A DNA stretch of 64,000 bases from Neodothiora populina (lineage: Eukaryota): NCBI RefSeq assembly GCF_041146345.1, contig NW_027191408.1, positions 124,001 through 188,000 on the forward strand, given 5' to 3'. Shown piece by piece: positions 57,802 through 64,000 of the stretch. The translations under genes and the position numbers were made by a program. Every line of letters starts with the position of its first letter. Position 1 is the stretch's first letter. A model generated the notes under the pieces. It worked only from the letters and a program-made list of their open reading frames with translations. It was not told the origin of the DNA and searched no databases.

Positions 57802-59144
57802 TCATACTTGCACTAGCAAGACAACGGCCAAAGCTGCGGCACCAAGCACCGGCCCAGCTGTTCGAATTGGAGTAGCGGCAGCCCCGCCTAGAAACGATGT
57901 GCTTACCAGAGTGGTTGTGGAGGCTCGATTCGATGTGCTTGATAAGGCGTCTGAAGTAGTCAAAGTACTGGTTGTGACACTGGCATCGGATGATGGAGAG
58001 CCACCGGTTGAAGTGACCGAGCCAGGCGTTCCATTAGTCGTCCATATGGAAGTCGCATCGCTACCCGTACTTGTGACCGTAGTAGGACCACTACCTGGGC
58101 CAACACCGCCTGGACCACCAGTGACTGTGGACAAGAAAGTCTCAACGCTACTCCATGTGGAAGTGACTGCCGGTGGGTCACTAGTGACGGTGGACATGTC
58201 TGTCTGGAGGTTGCTGACTGTCGAGGTAATGGGCAGAGGGGTATTAACGGAGGTGAGAACACTCGTTCGGAGGTGGCTGATCACGGACGTCACCGGTGGC
58301 GGATTACTCGTGATCGTCGAAAGGACGAGACTTGTCATGGTCAGTACAGCAGTAGTCATGCCAATTGTGGTTGTCGTAGTTTGGGCCGGTCCCACGATCG
58401 TGCTGAGCAGGGAAGAAACAGTTGTCGAAGTCACAGTAGTGGTGGCTGTGACCACCGATTGTCCTGCATCCACCGAAGTAGGCTGCATCGAAGCGACTGC
58501 GGGAATGAAAGTCGTCCTCACAGTGGCAGGTGAAGCGATAGCTGGAGGAGCGGGCTGGGTTGGTGGAGTCGAGCCCACTGTCAAGGTAGTGCATGGTACA
58601 GAACTCGTCGCGTTGCTTGGAGCCGTGATGGTGGGAGCGATTCCGGAGAAAACATTGGTCCCAGGATCAATGTGTGATGGATGATCGACCAGGGAGGTGG
58701 TAACATTGTTTGGCAAAGGTGTGCCTGACAAAGGCCCGCCTGCAACGCCAGCATCTTGATCGAGTCAGCTATCGGACAGACTTCTTGGTCTTTTTCACCA
58801 ACTTTGACAGTAGGATGTCGCAAACGCAAATGCAAAGTCCGCATCTGATTTGTTCGGGCAAGCCTGTTGTGCGCAATCACGAACACCATTGAGAAAATCT
58901 GGATTGGAACAGTAGCGTTTGACGTCTCCGGCTGTACAGTGCCATTGCTTCTGCGCCACGTCGTCAATCATGTTGCAGATGCACGTTTGCTAAATCCGAT
59001 CAGTATTCGATTTCACTGTAAGACAACAGTTCTGCTCACACCGCATTGAGCCAGACTCTCTATTCCAGGTGGTAGAGTTGCATTGGCGCTTGCTATGACT
59101 GCTAGGATCAATGCGTATGAAAATTTTGCTGGTAGGTCAATCAT
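57802..59144 (-). CDS. GPI-anchored CFEM-domain cell-surface protein (about 414 aa). Exons 59144-59040, 58989-58803, 58754 (or 58739)-57802
   Basis: Signal peptide MIDLPAKFSYALILAVIASANA. CFEM-like LAQCG|QTCICNMI...HCTAGDVKRYCSNPDFLNGVRDCAQQAC...ATSYC. S/T-rich stalk and hydrophobic GPI signal GPVLGAAALAVVLLVQV. Introns 58990-59039 and 58755-58802. Confidence 0.85.
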
Positions 59145-60113
59145 GTCGATTGGTAGATGGGTAAGATACGCTGTAAGATGCAAGTTAGATGAAGGGCGAA
59201 AAGCAGGACTATTTGGATTCTATCAGAATGGTTGAACCGGGGTTCTCGAAGGATGATCACAGAAGACAGCGAGAGACTGAGTTTCAGGCGGACCATGAGA
59301 GTCGCAATATAAGGTATGTTTGGCTGCCCTTGAAAAGGCAGGGACGACCCGCTGAATCATGTGTGAGGTATCTGCTCATCCCGGAGGACTTCAAGGGGAA
59401 GGAAGGAGCATGATAACATTCGACATGGTGCTTTAGATGATCCGCGGCAAGGACAGCTGATGAGCAGAAAGAATCTCAAGGCTCTATCTGTTGATCCTGT
59501 TGTGTTTCGATCGGGTTTTCGAGATCACCGGGTGACAATCACAGGGTGTATTGTGGCTTTGAGGGGGCGGCTCCAAAAACCTCACCAACACCTTGCAAGA
59601 ATATATAAACATCGAACATGCTCTTCTCTTTCTTCCCTTCTACGTCACACACATTCATAGAGTCTAAACGCTGACTTGTCTATTCCAGTGATTCAGAGCC
59701 CTGACCGGTCTGTTTCGTATTCGAAGCAATTTACGAGCGCTTGTCAACCTTTGCATTATTACTGTTCAATTTGGATATGCTTAGTTGTCGCTGAACGACA
59801 AACATTGTTTCTCTCCCGTTGTCCATGAAGAAGCTTTAATCTTGAGCTCTACAACCTGAATCATCTTCTACAAAACTGACGATCGCTTTCGAACCATCAC
59901 ATTACGGACATCTTGCGCCTATTGAGGACTCACCACAAGACGCGAGCGAGGCTTGTCATTCACTTCGACAACTGCTTTTGTATCTCAGTCCCAAAACTAG
60001 AGCAAGTGTTTCAAACATCATCCTATTCCCCCAGCTCTTGATCAGCTGGCTAACAGCGAGCTCTTTTTGAGGTTAATCAACAAGTCTGACCACATTGTTC
60101 CTGCTTCGCAACC

Positions 60114-61586
60114 ATGAGCACTCAGACTTCGCTACAGGACGTGCTGTACCACGCGGTGGACAAGTCTCAACCTACAGAGGAGTTGACGACACTCTCTACA
60201 GATGATAGCAAAGTCGCGACTGATCCGAAAGCAGCAATTCCGCAGGACAGTCATCGACTTCTTTGGCAACAGAAGGTATATGACTGCGATGATTTTCTCC
60301 TGCTACATCCACAGGGGGAGGGGCAAGTCTGGTTCAGAGATGTAGATGCTGTAAGTGAATTGATTATCATATGGATGACTTACTGACCTCCACGCAAGCG
60401 CACTTGGGATCAAGCATACGACAGACGAGCCGACTTGTTTACGAATGAATATATAGTTGGCCGCTGCCGCAATGCAGACATAGAGATATTCGATGAAGAC
60501 CAACACGGGGTGTGTCGTCACGCTAGGTCCATTTCTTTTGCTTGTTCAGCTCAGCTAAAGACATTACAGACGATTAGTCGACAACTGCCCAGAGGCAGAG
60601 CTACTCTCTACCGTAAAAATGATCCGGTCTCGCATTGGAGACCTTCTGACAATGTCTCTGGGATTGTTCTGCGCAGCCAGCGCTCTGATGCACAGAAGCT
60701 TTCGGACTTTGTCTACAAAGTCCTCGAGATTGAAGAAGGGGATATCGACTTTGCGATCCTCGCTGCTACCTTCCCGAGCCCGATTATGTTGGTTGTCTCG
60801 TTTCTCAGCTTCTTCCTCCACAACAATCACCTACCCAAATGCATCACAACCCAAGGTATGGCATACCCTGTCATCGGCTATGTCCTCGATTCCATTCCTG
60901 TCTTCACGAGGGATGACGATGAAGTACAACTATCTCGTTTCTTGGAGATCACGGACGACAATGGAGATCCGACGCTCATGTGGCAGCTCTGCGACATGGA
61001 GGAACATCTCAAGAACCAAAATACGCAGAAAAAGAGGGCAGACCACAAGAAGGCGAAGAGAAGAAGACAGCGCGCGAATGGGCAGCAGGAAGGCGAATCC
61101 CCTGAAGAGTCGAGCCATGCTTCTGATGATGACACTGAACAGCCGAATTTTGCGGCCAGAAGTGAGAACAGAATCCCGATTGCCAAGCCCACTGCACCGA
61201 CCAAAATCAAAAGAGTAGGGGAAGTAGGGAAGGAAGGCACAGTCAGGGCCTGGGCTCAAGTTGTCAAAGATGCATGGTCTCAGCAGACCGCTGTTCGGTC
61301 TGGGGTCTTCTCTACAGCAATGGACGAACACCCAGGATGGCTGGGGAAAGCAGTGAGTGGAACAAATGCTGAAGTGAACGAGAGTGTGCCTGGAAGCAAG
61401 GAGGTGGAGGACATTGACAAGCAGGTCGAGGGACATGCCGTCGTCGACGCTGCTGAGTTGCTGCTCGAGGAGGAAGTGCAGCTTCTCAGAGTTGATCAGG
61501 CCAATGGTCCAACTCGGAGAGAGGCAAGACAAAGGGCTAGACACAAGAAGGGCAAGGGCAAGGGCAGAGGCAAGAAGGACAAGTGA
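60114..61586 (+). CDS. Hypothetical protein with basic, NLS-like tracts. Exons 60114-60350, 60399-61586, possibly with further in-frame introns
   Basis: Intron 60351-60398 (GTAAGT, ACTGAC, AAG) joins ORF 60114 to ORF 60435 in frame. Basic tracts KKRADHKKAKRRRQR and HKKGKGKGRGKKDK. Confidence 0.6.
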
Positions 61587-62385
61587 ACAGTAGACGTCAC
61601 GAGCTTTTCAGTCACTGTCGACATCTAGTTCAGTAGAAGAAAAGGACGATGAAGGCGGGGAGACTGTCGAGTGTAGGATAACTGAGACAAAGTGAAGAGC
61701 GTGAGCGAGGGAATTGGAATAGAGAAAGGTTTACCCAGGGTACTCATCGCATACAACATCAAATGACTCAGCACAGTATTAACCATTCGCACAAGTGAAG
61801 AAAGCAGCAATGATCACTGATTGTACAGATATTCCCCAAGAAACAACACATGAAAAGTGAGTTGACAAGAAACCTGATAATTCCAGCTACGGTAGATTGT
61901 TCAGATATACACCTCATCTCAATTTCTCATCTTCTTGACCTTCTGCTCTTCCTTCCCCCGCCTCTGTCACTGTATCATTCCGAGAAATACACATGTCTTA
62001 TTCTTCCTCTTGTTTTCGTGGCGATTCCTCTTGTTCTTTGGTGGTTATAATAGTAGTGGTGGTAGTAGCTATGTAATGCGCATTACGAGACTTGATGCTT
62101 GTTGCTTGTTTTGTCCGTCTCTGTCTTCTCTTTCCTCTTCCTCCTGACGAGTCCGTGGTTCATTCTTTGTGTTGTATTGTATTGTATTGTATTGAATACC
62201 AAATGCCGGGGGGTAAAGAGTGGCTAGGTAGGGTAGGCAGGGTATAAAAATCCGAGTATACATGAGAAAATAAAAAGCCAAAGTAAAGAACAAAGTAAAC
62301 ATCGATAGAACCGAAACAAAATTTATTAGAAAAAAAAAAGGGCTCTCTTGTTTGCTCCCCCTGCCTGCCTCTCGCTCGCTCATCA

Positions 62386-62610
62386 TCATCGGTCCATACC
62401 GGCGAAAGAGACGAGGCTGTCGCACAGCTCTCTCCAAGCCGCTCTGCGCGGGTTTTCGTCTTCGGATTCGGGCTCGGATGCAGGATCGGAAGAGGATTCT
62501 TCGTCGGTGGTGTTGTCGTTGTCTGCGTTTTCGGGTTCGTTTTCGTCGTAGGGTTGGGTTGCGAGATGGGCTGAGAGAAGGGGCGTCGCTTGGTCTGATT
62601 CGATGCCTTT

Positions 62611-62647
<37 letters not shown>

Positions 62648-63981
62648 TGTTGAGGCCCGAACACGGTCTGGGTGGATTGCTCGCGGTAGTCTGGCTTCGT
62701 CTTGGTGGTATCGTCGTCGAGTGTCGACGGTTCCTCTTCCCACACTGTTTGGATGGCCTGTGAGCAAAAGGTCGGGGTAGGTTTCGTCCCTGCTTCGACA
62801 GACACACGGTCATCGGTCTGGCTGCCTTGGTCGCCGAAAGTGATGCTAGACAGCACGGGAGCGAGAGGTAATTCATCGAACAAAGCTCCTTCGTCCAAGT
62901 CGGGTTGCTCGTCCTCGCTCTCTCCGTCGGTCTCCGTGTTGGTGTTCATGCGCTTGATGGTGATGGACTGGACGCGCCCGTGGCGCTTTTTGCACATGTC
63001 TAGACGCCAGTTGCCCTGGCTCTCGGCCTTTGGTGTGTCGCGTGCGGCAGACAGCTTCTCGGGTGTTGTAGACACGACTCTGTGCCTTTCCCTGCGGGCG
63101 CGCAGTCTCGCGTCGACATCGTCCCAGTCGGCTTTCCAGCGTTCGATGTCGTCGTTGAGCAGGACGCGCTTTTCCGTGAGGTCGGCGTCTTTGTCGCCCA
63201 TGTGCTCGGCCATGGCGTCGTACTCGACTTCTAGAGCTTTGAGTTGCAGTTTCATGAACAACAGCTCGGAATGGTCGAAGCCGAGATCTGCTCGCAGCGA
63301 CTCGTTCTCCGACTTCAGCATGAGATTCTCCTGAGAGCATTCTTCCAGGTCCTGGACGGCCGAGTCGTGGATCTGGCGGATTTCCTCGTAGCGCTTGCGC
63401 AAGCCGTCGTTCGCCTTGGACACGCGCTGCAGAACATCCTGGGCTTCTTTGAGAAGACGGTCCTGGGTGCGCAGCCGGGTCTCGATTGCTGCAGGGAGAC
63501 CTTCGACAGAGGAAGAAATGGACGTCTGGGTCTGCGGAGTCGAGGGACGACTGGACTGATTGATGGTCGAGGGAGTGTTGGACTCGTCTCCCTCGTCGGC
63601 ATCATCGAGGTCAGAGGCGCGCAGTCCAGACTCTGACAGCAGCGAAGTGCGTCGCGTCGAGCGGTTGTTCGGCGTGCGCAGGGCAGCCTCGAGATCGTCG
63701 AGCTTCGCGCCAAGATTAGAAATGGTCGACGGTCCTGGGGGACCCTGCCGCAAGATCTCCGCGCCGAGAGTGTTCAGTCGCAGGAGGAGCTTCTGCGACT
63801 CGGAAGACGGAGTGTCGTCGAAGTGCGCATTCTCGTCGACAGAGCGACTCTCGTCAGTGAAATAATCCGAATAGGGCGAGTCGCGATAGCCGATGCTGCT
63901 GCTGCCGTTGCCTATACTGGAGCGATGCGGGGAACGCACGGGTGTCAGGGGCGCGTTGGAGGTGGAAGACGAAGAAGACAT
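62386..63981 (-). CDS. Hypothetical coiled-coil protein with poly-Q and acidic tail (531 aa)
   Basis: Long uninterrupted ORF with a heptad-rich centre (LKSENESLRADLGFDHSELLFMKLQLKALEVE) and C-terminal AWRELCDSLVSFAGM. Confidence 0.78.
62610..62651. repeat. (CAG/CAA)n poly-Q microsatellite in coding sequence
   Basis: (TGC)n on the + strand, encoding Q14 on the - strand. Confidence 0.9.
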
Positions 63982-64000
63982 GAAGGGAGATTGCGGAGTG

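Noticed and set aside
57653..58684. 343-aa Val-rich + strand ORF
   Set aside because: It mirrors the Thr/Ser-rich stalk of the CFEM gene on the opposite strand.

Overview
Gene-dense chromosomal DNA from a filamentous ascomycete. The short GT-AG introns with CTRAY branch points support this. A black-yeast/Eurotiomycete origin is an impression only. I reconstructed 19 gene models by hand-splicing. From 1 to about 48.5 kb the genes are mostly conserved: GH2 beta-mannosidase, an intronless DOCK-family GEF, a metallophosphoesterase, RPS8, BTN1/CLN3, RXT3, RPL3, a Mug190-like SMP/C2 protein, GlcNAc-6-P deacetylase, a GYP5-like Rab-GAP, a small Myb-like protein, a Ser/Thr-rich membrane protein, tryptophan synthase and a bHLH factor. 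From about 50 to 64 kb the genes look lineage-specific: a Cys/His zinc-finger-like protein, a disrupted gene with 6-7 tandem Pex14-N-like repeats, a GPI-anchored CFEM protein with a shifted cysteine, and two hypothetical proteins. The main non-coding signals are a strongly over-represented TACCTTAC/GTAAGGTA motif (including an identical 22-mer in two upstream regions 44 kb apart), a motif shared by both ribosomal-protein promoters, Gcn4/CpcA sites at TRP5, and many AAG 3' splice sites. I recognised no tRNA, rRNA, transposon or CRISPR array. All family calls come from recognising motifs by eye, not from database searches.
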